Part shown: positions 25,071-40,598 of the stretch, in pieces
Position numbering within the stretch: the stretch's first letter is position 1
Layout of the letters: each line of letters begins with the position of its first letter
Assembly (NCBI GenBank): GCA_964016885.1
Contig: OZ024742.1
Location: 321,036,001 to 321,100,000, forward strand
DNA: 64,000 nucleotides
DNA from: Eledone cirrhosa
Taxonomy: Eukaryota
Reading direction: 5' to 3'
Notes under the pieces: model-generated
What the model was told of the DNA's origin: nothing
Database searches by the model: none
The model's input: the letters and a program-made list of their open reading frames with translations, nothing else
Made by a program: the position numbers and the translations under genes

Positions 25071-25707
25071 GAATAGCAGTGTTTAGTTAAATGTGAAATT
25101 ATCATGATCCGGCCAGCTGGCAGAGTGTTGTGTCAATCACTTTATTCCGAACTGGAAACGGAAGTTGTGTGTATCAAACATTCACAGCGAGTTGGAGATC
25201 ACTTCAAATGGAGATAATTTTTGAAGCGCTGTTTTGTTGATCTGACTACCAACACCACCGACAACACCACCAGCACGACCGCTGCTACTAACACCACAAC
25301 CACCGTTATAACCACCACTGTCGCCGCCAACAACACCGTCATCACCTCCATCAACACAGACTAACATCACAACCATCACCATCACAGCCACCACCACCAT
25401 GACAACAACCATCACCACCGACAGCACCAGCAGCGTTACTACCATCACTACTACTGCCACTAACACCACAACCACCACTACTGTCGACGCTAACACCATC
25501 ACCACCACCGCCGCCATCAACACCAACACCATCAGCATCAGTACCACCATCTCCCCCACCATTGTTTGTAGAATAAAATGTCAGCATGTCTGAGTAGTTT
25601 TCAGAAGTTCGCTTCGTATTAATTAGGTGTGTTCGAATCCCAGTCGAATCTTGCTTATTTGTTGCTGTTTGTAACATTTCACCAACGTCTATGTTTATAT
25701 TTTGAAG

Positions 25708-28700
25708 AGGCTATGTAGCCGGTCCCGGTAAAATAGACCCCCAGGCTATTTAACCGATAAGAGTGTCAGACACCATGAGATGCTGCCCGAGTTAAGACAA
25801 CTGTTTAGACAATTTGAAATCGTGCCCACCATCAATTGTTAAAAAAGAAGTTAAAATCATTTACTCATCATCTTATTATAATTCTGCTTGTGTTTCGTCC
25901 ATTCGTAACGTACGTTACGCTTTAGTTACATACACACACCTCGACTGAGTTACATACACACACCTCTACTGAGTTACATAGACACACCTCGACTGAGTTA
26001 CATACACACACCTCTACTGAGTTACATACACACACCTCGACTGAGTTACATACACACACCTCGACTGAGTTACATACACACACCTCGACTGAGTTACATA
26101 CACACACCTCGACTGAGTTACATACACACACCTCTACTGAGTTACATACACACATCTCTACTGAGTTACATACACACACCTCTACTGAGTTACATACACA
26201 CACCTCGACTGAGTTACATACACACACCTCGACTGAGTTACATACACACACATCTACTGAGTTACATACACACACCTCGACTGAGTTACATACACACACC
26301 TCTACTGAGTTACATACACACACCTCGACTGAGTTGCATACACACACCTCTACTGAGTTACATACACACACCTCGACTGAGTTACATACACACACCTCGA
26401 CTGAGTTACATACACACACCTCTACTGAGTTACATACACACACCTCGACTGAGTTACATACACACACCTCGACTGAGTTACATACACACACCTCGACTGA
26501 GTTACATACACACACCTCTACTGAGTTACATACACACATCTCTACTGAGTTACATATACACACCTCTACTGAGTTACATACACACACCTCGACTGAGTTA
26601 CATACACACACCTCGACTGAGTTACATACACACACCCCTACTGAGTTACATACACACACCTCGACTGAGTTACATACACACACCTCTACTGAGTTACATA
26701 CACACACCTCGACTGAGTTACATACACACACCTCGACTGAGTTACATACACACACCTCGACTGAGTTACATACACACACCTCGACTGAGTTACATACACA
26801 CACCTCTACTGAGTTACATACACACACCTCGACTGAGTTACATACACACACCTCGACTGAGTAACATACACACACCTCGACTGAGTTACATACACACACC
26901 TCTACTGAGTTACATACACACATCTCTACTGAGTTACATACACACACCTCTACTGAGTTACATACACACACCTCGACTGAGTTACATACACACACCTCTA
27001 CTGAGTTACATACACACACCTCGACTGAGTTACATACACACACCTCGACTGAGTTACATACACACACCTCGACTAAGTTACATATACACACCTCTACTGA
27101 GTTACATACACACACCTCGACTGAGTTACATACACACACCTCGACTGAGTTACATACACACACCTCGACTGAGTTACATACACACACCTCTACTGAGTTA
27201 CATACACACACCTCGACTGAGTTACATACACACACCTCTACTGAGTTACATACACACACCTCGTCTGAGTTACATACAGACACCTCGACTGAGTTACATA
27301 CACACACCTCGACTGAGTTACATACACACACCTCTACTGAGTTACATACACACACCTCAACTGAGTTACATACACACACCTCTACTGACTTACATACACA
27401 CACCTCGACTGAGTTACATACACACACCTCTACTGAGTTACATACACACACCTCTACTGAGTTACATACACACGCCTCGACTGAGTTACATACACACACA
27501 TCTACTGAGTTACATACATACACATCTACTGAGTTACATACACACACATCTACTGAGTTACATACACACACCTCTACTGAGTTACATACACACACATCTA
27601 CTGAGTTACATACACACACATCTACTGAGTTATATACACACACATCTAATGAGTTACATACATACACATCTACTGAGTTACATACACACACCTCTACTGA
27701 GTTACATACATACACATCTACTGAGTTACATACATACACATCTACTGAGTTACATACACACACCTCTACTGAGTTACATACATACACATCTACTGAGTTA
27801 CATACATACACATCTACTGAGTTACATACACACACCTCTACTGAGTTACATACACACACATCTACTGAGTTACATACACACACTTCTACTGAGTTACATA
27901 CACACACATCTACTAAGTTACATACACACACATCTACTGAGTTACATACACACACATCTACTGAGTTACATACACACACATCTACTGAGTTACATACACA
28001 CACCTCTACTGAGTTACATACATACACATCTACTGAGTTACATACATACACTTCTACTGAGTTACATACACACACCTCTACTGAGTTACATACACACATC
28101 TACTGAGTTACATACACACACCTCTACTGAGTTACATACACACATCTACTGAGTTACACACACACACACACCTCTACTGAGTTACATACACACACATCTA
28201 CTGAGTTACATACACACACATCTACTGAGTTACATACATACACATCTACTGAGTTACACACACACACATCTACTGAGTTACATACACACACCTCTACTGA
28301 GTTACATACATACACCTCTACTGAGTTACAAACATACACCTCTACTGAGTTACATACACACATCTACTGAGTTACATACACACACCTCTACTGAGTTACA
28401 TACACACACATCTACTGAGTTACATACACACACATCTACTGAGTTATATACACACACATCTACTGAGTTACATACATACACATCTACTGAGTTACATACA
28501 CACACCTCTACTGAGTTACATACATATCTACTGAGTTACATACATACACATCTACTGAGTTACATACATACACATCTACTGAGTTACATACACACACATC
28601 TACTGAGTTACATACACACACCTCTACTGAGTTACATACATACACATCTACTGAGTTACATACATACACTTCTACTGAGTTACATACACACACCGCTACT

Positions 28701-31700
28701 GAGTTACATACACACATCTACTGAGTTACATACACACACCTCTACTGAGTTACATACACACATCTACTGAGTTACACACACACACCTCTACTGAGTTACA
28801 TACACACACATCTACTGAGTTACATACACACACCTCTACTGAGTTACATACATACACATCTACTGAGTTACACATACACACATCTACTGAGTTACATACA
28901 CACACCTCTACTGAGTTACACACATACACCTCTACTGAGTTACATACACACATCTACTGAGTTACATACACACACCTCTACTGAGTTACATACACACACA
29001 TCTACTGAGTTACATACACACACATGTACTCTACTGAGTTACATACACACACATCTACTGAGTTACATACACACACATGTACTCTACTGAGTTACATACA
29101 CACACATCTACTGAGTTACATACACACACATCTACTGAGTTACATACACACACATCTAATGAGTTACATACATACACATCTACTGAGTTACATACACACA
29201 CCTCTACTGAGTTACATACATACACATCTACTGAGTTACATACATACACATCTACTGAGTTACATACACACACCTCTACTGAGTTACATACATATACATC
29301 TACTGAGTTACATACATACACCTCTACTGAGTTACATACACACACATCTACTGAATTACATACACACACCTCGACTGAGTTACATACATACATATCTACT
29401 GAGTTACGTACACACACCTCTACTGAGTTACATACATACACATCTACTGAGTTACATACATACACTTCTACTGAGTTACATACACACACCTCTACTGAGT
29501 TACATACACACATCTACTGAGTTACATACACACACCTCTACTGAGTTACATACACACACCTCGACTGAGTTACATACACACACCTCGACTGAGTAACATA
29601 CACACACCTCGACTGAGTTACATACACACACCTCTACTGAGTTACATACACACATCTCTACTGAGTTACATACACACACCTCTACTGAGTTACATACACA
29701 CACCTCGACTGAGTTACATACACACACCTCTACTGAGTTACATACACACACCTCGACTGAGTTACATACACACACCTCGACTGAGTTACATACACACACC
29801 TCGACTGAGTTACATATACACACCTCTACTGAGTTACATACACACACCTCGACTGAGTTACATACACACACCTCGACTGAGTTACATACACACACCTCGA
29901 CTGAGTTACATACACACACCTCTACTGAGTTACATACACACACCTCGTCTGAGTTACATACAGACACCTCGACTGAGTTACATACACACACCTCGACTGA
30001 GTTACATACACACACCTCTACTGAGTTACATACACACACCTCAACTGAGTTACATACACACACCTCTACTGACTTACATACACACACCTCGACTGAGTTA
30101 CATACACACACCTCTACTGAGTTACATACACACACCTCTACTGAGTTACATACACACACCTCGACTGAGTTACATACACACACATCTACTGAGTTACATA
30201 CATACACATCTACTGAGTTACATACACACACATCTACTGAGTTACATACACACACCTCTACTGAGTTACATACACACACATCTACTGAGTTACATACACA
30301 CACATCTACTGAGTTATATACACACACATCTAATGAGTTACATACATACACATCTACTGAGTTACATACACACACCTCTACTGAGTTACATACATACACA
30401 TCTACTGAGTTACATACATACACATCTACTGAGTTACATACACACACCTCTACTGAGTTACATACATACACATCTACTGAGTTACATACATACACATCTA
30501 CTGAGTTACATACACACACCTCTACTGAGTTACATACACACACATCTACTGAGTTACATACACACACATCTAATGAGTTACATACATACACCTCTACTGA
30601 GTTACATACACACACATCTACTGAATTACATACACACACCTCGACTGAGTTACATACATACATATCTACTGAGTTACGTACACACACCTCTACTGAGTTA
30701 CATACATACACATCTACTGAGTTACATACATACACTTCTACTGAGTTACATACACACACCTCTACTGAGTTACATACACACATCTACTGAGTTACATACA
30801 CACACCTCTACTGAGTTACATACACACACCTCGACTGAGTTACATACACACACCTCGACTGAGTAACATACACACACCTCGACTGAGTTACATACACACA
30901 CCTCTACTGAGTTACATACACACATCTCTACTGAGTTACATACACACACCTCTACTGAGTTACATACACACACCTCGACTGAGTTACATACACACACCTC
31001 TACTGAGTTACATACACACACCTCGACTGAGTTACATACACACACCTCGACTGAGTTACATACACACACCTCGACTGAGTTACATATACACACCTCTACT
31101 GAGTTACATACACACACCTCGACTGAGTTACATACACACACCTCGACTGAGTTACATACACACACCTCGACTGAGTTACATACACACACCTCTACTGAGT
31201 TACATACACACACCTCGTCTGAGTTACATACAGACACCTCGACTGAGTTACATACACACACCTCGACTGAGTTACATACACACACCTCTACTGAGTTACA
31301 TACACACACCTCAACTGAGTTACATACACACACCTCTACTGACTTACATACACACACCTCGACTGAGTTACATACACACACCTCTACTGAGTTACATACA
31401 CACACCTCTACTGAGTTACATACACACACCTCGACTGAGTTACATACACACACATCTACTGAGTTACATACATACACATCTACTGAGTTACATACACACA
31501 CATCTACTGAGTTACATACACACACCTCTACTGAGTTACATACACACACATCTACTGAGTTACATACACACACATCTACTGAGTTATATACACACACATC
31601 TAATGAGTTACATACATACACATCTACTGAGTTACATACACACACCTCTACTGAGTTACATACATACACATCTACTGAGTTACATACATACACATCTACT

Positions 31701-34700
31701 GAGTTACATACACACACCTCTACTGAGTTACATACATACACATCTACTGAGTTACATACATACACATCTACTGAGTTACATACACACACCTCTACTGAGT
31801 TACATACACACACATCTACTGAGTTACATACACACACTTCTACTGAGTTACATACACACACATCTACTAAGTTACATACACACACATCTACTGAGTTACA
31901 TACACACACATCTACTGAGTTACATACACACACATCTACTGAGTTACATACACACACCTCTACTGAGTTACATACATACACATCTACTGAGTTACATACA
32001 TACACTTCTACTGAGTTACATACACACACCTCTACTGAGTTACATACACACATCTACTGAGTTACATACACACACCTCTACTGAGTTACATACACACATC
32101 TACTGAGTTACACACACACACACCTCTACTGAGTTACATACACACACATCTACTGAGTTACATACACACACATCTACTGAGTTACATACATACACATCTA
32201 CTGAGTTACACACACACACATCTACTGAGTTACATACACACACCTCTACTGAGTTACATACATACACCTCTACTGAGTTACAAACATACACCTCTACTGA
32301 GTTACATACACACATCTACTGAGTTACATACACACACCTCTACTGAGTTACATACACACACATCTACTGAGTTACATACACACACATCTACTGAGTTATA
32401 TACACACACATCTAATGAGTTACATACATACACATCTACAGAGTTACATACACACACCTCTACTGAGTTACATACATACACATCTACTGAGTTACATACA
32501 TACACATCTACTGAGTTACATACACACACCTCTACTGAGTTACATACATACACATCTACTGAGTTACATACACACACATCTACTGAGTTACATACACACA
32601 CCTCTACTGAGTTACATACATACACATCTACTGAGTTACATACATACACTTCTAATGAGTTACATACACACACCTCTACTGAGTTACATACACACATCTA
32701 CTGAGTTACATACACACACCTCTACTGAGTTACATACACACATCTACTGAGTTACACACACACACCTCTACTGAGTTACATACACACACATCTACTGAGT
32801 TACATACACACACCTCTACTGAGTTACATACATACACATCTACTGAGTTACACACACACACATCTACTGAGTTACATACACACACCTCTACTGAGTTACA
32901 TACATACACCTCTACTGAGTTACACACATACACCTCTACTGAGTTACATACACACATCTACTGAGTTACATACACACACCTCTACTGAGTTACATACACA
33001 CACATCTACTGAGTTACATACACACACATATACTCTACTGAGTTACATACACACACATCTACTGAGTTACATACACACACATCTACTGAGTTACATACAC
33101 ACACATCTAATGAGTTACATACATACACATCTACTGAGTTACATACACACACCTCTACTGAGTTACATACATACACATCTACTGAGATACATACATACAC
33201 ATCTACTGAGTTACATACACACACCTCTACTGAGTTACATACATACACATCTACTGAGTTACATACATACACATCTACTGAGTTACATACATACACTTCT
33301 ACTGAGTTACATACACACACCTCTACTGAGTTACATACACACATCTACTGAGTGACATACACACACCTCTACTGAGTTACATACACACATCTACTGAGTT
33401 ACACACACACACCTCTACTGAGTTACATACACACACATCTACTGAGTTACATACACACACATCTACTGAGTTACATACATACACATCTACTGTGTTACAC
33501 ACACACACATCTACTGAGTTACATACACACACCTCTACTGAGTTACATACACACACCTCTACTGAGTTACATACATACACCTCTACTGAGTTACAAACAT
33601 ACACCTCTACTGAGTTACATACACACATCTACTGAGTTACATACACACACCTCTACTGAGTTACATACACACACATCTACTGAGTTACATACACACACAT
33701 CTACTGAGTTATATACACACACATCTAATGAGTTACATACATACACATCTACTGAGTTACATACACACACCTCTACTGAGTTACATACATACACATCTAC
33801 TGAGTTACATACATACACATCTACTGAGTTACATACACACACCTCTACTGAGTTACATACATACACATCTACTGAGTTACATACACACACATCTACTGAG
33901 TTACATACACACACCTCTACTGAGTTACATACATACACATCTACTGAGTTACATACATACACTTCTACTGAGTTACATACACACACCTCTACTGAGTTAC
34001 ATACACACATCTACTGAGTTACATACACACACCTCTACTGAGTTACATACACACATCTACTGAGTTACACACACACACCTCTACTGAGTTACATACACAC
34101 ACATCTACTGAGTTACATACACACACCTCTACTGAGTTACATACATACACATCTACTGAGTTACACACACACACATCTACTGAGTTACATACACACACCT
34201 CTACTGAGTTACACACATACACCTCTACTGAGTTACATACACACATCTACTGAGTTACATACACACACCTCTACTGAGTTACATACACACACATCTACTG
34301 AGTTACATACACACACATGTACTCTACTGAGTTACATACACACACATCTACTGAGTTACATACACACACATCTACTGAGTTACATACACACACATCTAAT
34401 GAGTTACATACATACACATCTACTGAGTTACATACACACACCTCTACTGAGTTACATACATACACATCTACTGAGTTACATACATACACATCTACTGAGT
34501 TACATACACACACCTCTACTGAGTTACATACATACACATCTACTGAGTTACATACATACACCTCTACTGAGTTACATACACACACATCTACTGAGTTACA
34601 TACACACACCTCGACTGAGTTACATACATACATATCTACTGAGGTACATACACACACCTCTACTGAGTTACATACATACACATCTACTGAGTTACATACA

Positions 34701-36677
34701 TACACTTCTACTGAGTTACATACACACACCTCTACTGAGTTACATACACACATCTACTGAGTTACATACACACACCTCTACTGAGTTACATACACACATC
34801 TACTGAGTTACACACACACACCTCTACTGAGTTACATACACACACATCTACTGAGTTACATACACACACATCTACTGAGTTACATACATACACATCTACT
34901 GTGTTACACACACACACATCTACTGAGTTACATACACACACCTCTACTGAGTTACATACATACACCTCTACTGAGTTACAAACATACACCTCTACTGTGT
35001 TACATACACACATCTACTGAGTTACATACACACACCTCTACTGAGTTACATACACACACATCTACTGAGTTACATACACACACATCTACTGAGTTATATA
35101 CACACACATCTAATGAGTTACATACATACACATCTACTGAGTTACATACACACAGCTCTACTGAGTTACATACATACACATCTACTGAGTTACATACATA
35201 CACATCTACTGAGTTACATACACACACCTCTACTGAGTTACATACATACACATCTACTGAGTTACATACACACACATCTACTGAGTTACATACACACACC
35301 TCTACTGAGTTACATACATACACATCTACTGAGTTACATACATACACTTCTACTGAGTTACATACACACACCTCTACTGAGTTACATACACACATCTACT
35401 GAGTTACATACACACACCTCTACTGAGTTACATACACACATCTACTGAGTTACACACACACACGTCTACTGAGTTACATACACAAACATCTACTGAGTTA
35501 CATACACACACCTCTACTGAGTTACATACACACATCTACTGAGTTACATACACACACCTCTACTGAGTTACATACACACATCTACTGAGTTACACACACA
35601 CACATCTACTGAGTTACACACACACACATCTACTGAGTTACATACACACACCTCTACTGAGTTACATACATACACCTCTACTGAGTTACACACATACACC
35701 TCTACTGAGTTACATACACACATCTACTGAGTTACATACACACACCTCTACTGAGTTACATACACACACATCTACTGAGTTACATACAAACACACGTACT
35801 CTACTGAGTTACATACACACACATCTACTGAGTTACATACACACACATGTACTCTACTGAGTTACATACACACACATCTACTGAGTTACATACACACACA
35901 TCTACTGAGTTACATACACACACCTCTACTGAGTTACATACATACACCTCTACTGAGTTACATACACACACCTCTACTGAGTTACATACACACACATCTA
36001 ATGAGTTACATACACACACCTCGACTGAGTTACATACACACACCTCTACTGAGTTACATACACACACATCTACTGAGTTACATACACACACATCTACTGA
36101 GTTACATACACACACATCTAATGAGTTACATACATACACATCTACTGAGTTACATACACACACATCTACTGAGTTACATACATACATATCTACTGAGTTA
36201 CATACATACACATCTACTGAGTTACATACACACACCTCTACTGAGTTACATACATACACATCTACTGAGTTACATACATACACCTCTACTGAGTTACATA
36301 CACACACATCTACTGAGTTACATACACACACCTCGACTGAGTTACATACATACATATCTACTGAGTTACATACACACACCTCTACTGAGTTACATACACA
36401 CACATCTACTGAGTTACATACACACACATCTACTGAGTTCCATGGCTTAAGAAATTTAGCAGAAAGTCAAATATTTTCGAAATTAAAAATTTTAGCAGAA
36501 AGTCACGACCTTGGTTAAAGATAGTAGTCACTACCTGGCTTCTAAAGCACTATTTATTATTTAGTAGTAAAATAAGCTTTCGGGACCTCGGCTGATGTTG
36601 CGTCCCTTTAGAGTTTACCTGTAAAAGAAGCTTAAAAAGCATGTTTGTCTATTTTGCCGGGACTGGCTACGTAGCCT
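25708..36677. mobile_element. Putative TIR DNA element enclosing the satellite array
   Basis: AGGCTATGTAGCCGGTCCCGGTAAAATAGAC (25708-25738) matches the reverse complement of 36647-36677 at 28/31 positions. No clear TSD. Confidence 0.65.
25923..36438. repeat. 24-bp tandem satellite, consensus GAGTTACATACACACAC(C/A)TC(T/G)ACT, about 440 units, with higher-order structure
   Basis: Direct reading. Occasional 22- and 29-bp units. Marker variants recur at 1270-bp spacing. Confidence 0.98.
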
Positions 36678-37229
36678 ATTCCTTTATATTTCCTACACAC
36701 TTAACCACCAACTAGGAATATTTTTCTTACGAAGTAGCAAAATTAGAGAGAAAAATGTCATGAGTGTCTGTCCGTGAAACATATACATATACAATTTAGT
36801 GATAGATTAAAACAATGTCTCGTGTGTAAACTGTAAATGTGTCCTTAATAAATAACTAAGTGATAAAAAAACATTATTTATGAGGTTCTAGTCTCGATCC
36901 CACTGCGTGACATTTTAGACTAGTGTGATTTATCATAGTGTCGGGTTGATATATGCCTTGTCAGTGAAACTAAGGAAGCAGAAATTGTATGGAAGCCCAT
37001 CGGATGAATTTTTATCAGTAATTCAAAGATCCATCCAAGTTATATACAGTGTGGAACACTGATTCTGCCAGGGTATTTATTACTTTAAGGGTACATATGC
37101 CTGTGGAATACTCAACCATATACACGTTAATTTAACCAGTAGGTCGTTCAACTGTGAAAGACCCCTAGTCCTTGTTAGCACATACATCATTGTAAGAGTA
37201 GGAAAAATACTCCGTTTGGTTCCCGAGTG

Positions 37230-37770
37230 CGTGGTTAGCCCACCGGGGGTGAGAAACCCCTAATTCTTGGAAGGATATCATACTAGGAAAAGGAAAACTG
37301 TTATGTAAAACCTGCGACAGATGACAACCAATGACGTTGTTCTGTTCTTACCTTTGGATACCTTGTCTTTAATAACAAGAATCTATTTGTGAAACATATA
37401 GATATATACCAGATCCGAACACATAGGAACCAAACTCTCACTGTCACTGCGTCCGTCTCTTCCGCTATCCTCATCTCACATTATTATGAGCAAATGGGAG
37501 CCCACGCGCTGGCTTCCCCGCTGCCCGGGCGGACAGAATACAGAAGGCGTTTCACGGAGATTGGTGAGGAAGACGCGCTGGAAGAGCCATTCCAGCTGGC
37601 GAGGCTCACACCTGCGGGTAGCCAACTCTGTGCCGATGGTGTTGAGTAGGGAGGTGGTCTTAGGGCCAAGGACACCAGATGTCTCCATTTCTATACCTGT
37701 CACCGTTGTTCAGAGAGTGGGATTAGTCCAGTGTAAGGCCTTTCTTCACTAAAAAAAGCCTCAAGCACGC
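37230..37770 (+). mobile_element. Old RTE-5'UTR-related short element split by the CRE-like fragment
   Basis: CTAGGAAAAGGAAAACTG..AAAACCTGCG before the insert and CAGAGAGTGGGATTAG..CTTCACTAAAAAAAGCC after it. Relative at 48130-48470 (-). Confidence 0.55.
37440..37705 (-). mobile_element. 3' fragment of a CRE-like (RLE-type) non-LTR retrotransposon
   Basis: METSGVLGPKTTSLLNTIGTELATRRCEPRQLEWLFQRV fits the ExxGxxG..FQR RLE-domain end. Confidence 0.75.
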
Positions 37771-38104
37771 GCATCACTTGATCTAAACAACTTTCCCGTG
37801 TTTCGGGAGCATGGCCTTTTCTTTCGACGAAGTATATGCAGAAATGAATCTAACAGCTAAAAAGTCATGTTCGTGCCACCTATGTATGAGGAAAAGGTCA
37901 TGGGATGACAATTCTCGAAACCGAGATGCAGTCAATATGTGCATATGTGCAGTGGGTGTTTGTGCGTAGGCGGGGTGCACATCACGGTGCGTTTGTCTGT
38001 GTGTGGGTGTTAAGTGTGTTGTTGGTTAAGATGCGTGTTCATAGATATGTGTGAGTATGTGTATTCTGGCCTGTTTGGCAGAGAAGTGTGGTTGTCGGTT
38101 ATAT

Positions 38105-38185
38105 GTTTACAGCCATATCACGTTGAAAACAGCCGTTCTCGTTCGATCAACAAAGTTAAACATCGTCAAGCGTAGTTAGTACTTA
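38105..38185 (+). pseudogene. 5S rRNA-derived fragment (first ~80 nt; pseudogene or SINE3 head)
   Basis: GTTTACAGCCATATCACGTTGAAAACAGCCGTTCTCGTTCGATCAACAAAGTTAAACATCGTC..GTTAGTACTT resembles the 5' portion of animal 5S. Truncated by (TA)n. Confidence 0.8.
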
Positions 38186-38188
38186 GTA

Positions 38189-38297
<109 letters not shown>

Positions 38298-39335
38298 GCG
38301 CATGTGTAAATAAAACCGTCAATTACTTTAACTTGAACTTAAAACCATCCATATTAAGACAAACCCAACCTCGAACCTACGCAAACGTAAGCTATACACC
38401 AACAACCGACCTCATTCACCAGATCTACTATTATGTAGTTTGTATTTAATAATAATCTACAGCAACTACGACACTATTGCACATAGACAGTACTGCTCTT
38501 AGAAACTGCCCAAGCCTCTTACAAACTTGACCTAACATAAGCAATACCACTAACACAGTTTGGTTAATAATGGACGTGTATATGAAGGCATATATGAAAT
38601 GTTTATGCATAATAAACATTCAAGAGTCACGCTTTGGATATTTTAAGTTTCGATCATTTTAAGTTGCTATCTTAGGAGCCTGAGTAAACTAATCAGTGTT
38701 GGGAGTGCTGGGAAATGACCTGTTGGTTACATGTAAGTGCACATGTGTGTGTGTGTGTATGTGTATCTGCACACGTAGACATGTGAGCTCGGTCAGATTA
38801 TATACTTAGTTGTGCGTACACATATAAGCACACATACAATTAGAGGCGATCCTTAGGTGGTACAGAGTGGACAAGCTGGTGGCACAAGCTTCACGCCAAC
38901 ACACCTAATGCCATGAGTATGACTGTATAGCCATCAACCGCCGAACTCCGAAAGATGAGGTACCCGCGCACATGAAGAGTGATAAAGCCATGATATAGAT
39001 AGGGGTCGGAATAAACGCTGTGAAGCATTTCATCTGATGTGGGCATGGTTCCAGCAATAAACCACACACGAACAAAGCGTTACAAGCATGTGGTATACGC
39101 ACAGGTGAACATATGTACGTGTCATGAATGTGTCAATGTGCACACACACATATATATATATATATGGGCCAGATCTATGCAGATCGAACCTTGAGCTGCG
39201 CAACAGCGAAACGTGCGTCACCAATCAATAAACGTATTGAAGGCATAACAAATTGTCCTTGTATTATTATATATATACATACAGAGATTTATTCACACAG
39301 ACACACACAGACACACACACACACATACACACACG

Positions 39336-39375
<40 letters not shown>

Positions 39376-39577
39376 ACGGAGGAGTTGTGGTAAGGAACCA
39401 GATGGACCATAACGCACCAGTAGTACTCAATACTTAGGGTAGTAGAGTGGGTAATAGGAGAAAGTATGACCCCGACGGCAGAGCTCAAGCCGTTTCGACG
39501 GCTATTTCTGGACTACTTTTAGTCCAGAAATAGCCGTCGAAACGGCTTGAGCTCTGCCGTCGGGGTCGTACTTTCTC

Positions 39578-39693
<116 letters not shown>

Positions 39694-39784
39694 GTGAGGT
39701 TTTTTTTACAAATTGAAAAATAACCGAGGTGTCCTACACGAGTGAAAGTATAAAGAAAAACCACAGACCCTCCATCTCAACTCT

Positions 39785-39822
39785 ACTTTTGAAAAGCAGA
39801 AGAACTGCGAAACCGGTAAAGG
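39785..39822 (+). ncRNA. Hammerhead with U3-A8 core variant
   Basis: CTT-TTGAAAA-GCAG AAGAA CTGC-GAAA-CCGG-TA-AAG, inside the (TA)n-flanked unit 39688-39901. Confidence 0.65.
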
Positions 39823-39923
39823 AACCAAATAAATATATATATTTAAAAAAAAAAAAAAAATAAGACTCCAGTTGCATTTTCGATTTCATCTCTTTTTCTT
39901 TATATATATATATATATATATAC

Positions 39924-39956
<33 letters not shown>

Positions 39957-39963
39957 CATACAT

Positions 39964-40043
<80 letters not shown>

Positions 40044-40270
40044 CTCTCTTGTCTATCTCTCTTTGGTCGAACACACTTTCGTAGGCACGCACTTATGTTT
40101 AACCATCAACACTGCTTATCTGGCACCAACAAGAAGTCGATGGCTGTCTAGTATCGAGAGCCACTTCAAGTATTCAGTCCAAACGATTATCTGGATTACA
40201 CACTCACTGTTTATTTCCGACAGAGAAACATCAACAACAGCAGTAGTAGTAACAACAGCATCAGTAGTAA

Positions 40271-40598
40271 TAATTGTTGCTACTTTTGGCACAAGGCCAG
40301 CAATTATCCCAGTGTATTGCTGGTAATTTATTTTATCGATCCCGTAAGGATGAAAGGCAAAGTTAACCTCGGCGGGATTTGAACTCAGATCATAAAGGGA
40401 CGTAACTCTTTGCTCAGACCCTCTACCGATACTGCCAATCCACCATCAGTAGTAATAATTGTTTCTACTTTTTGGCACAAGGCCAGCAATTACCCAGTAC
40501 ATTACTGGTACTTTATTTTATCGACGTTGTAAGGATGAAAGGCAAAGTTAACCTCGGCGGGATTTGAACTCAGAATGGCAAGGGCCGTTACTCTATGC
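40271..40598 (-). mobile_element. Two tandem copies of the abundant tRNA-SINE
   Basis: Copies at 40271-40443 and 40456-40598. The 16-mer CATCAGTAGTAATAAT occurs at 40259, 40444 and 40599. Confidence 0.88.

Noticed and set aside
25922-36518. Long ORFs (up to 725 aa of VCVCNSVE / STELHTHT repeats) as real proteins, or the array as a CRISPR
   Set aside because: They are a by-product of a 24-bp unit that lacks stops in some frames. The 22- and 29-bp units break the frame freely. There are no unique spacers and no cas genes.
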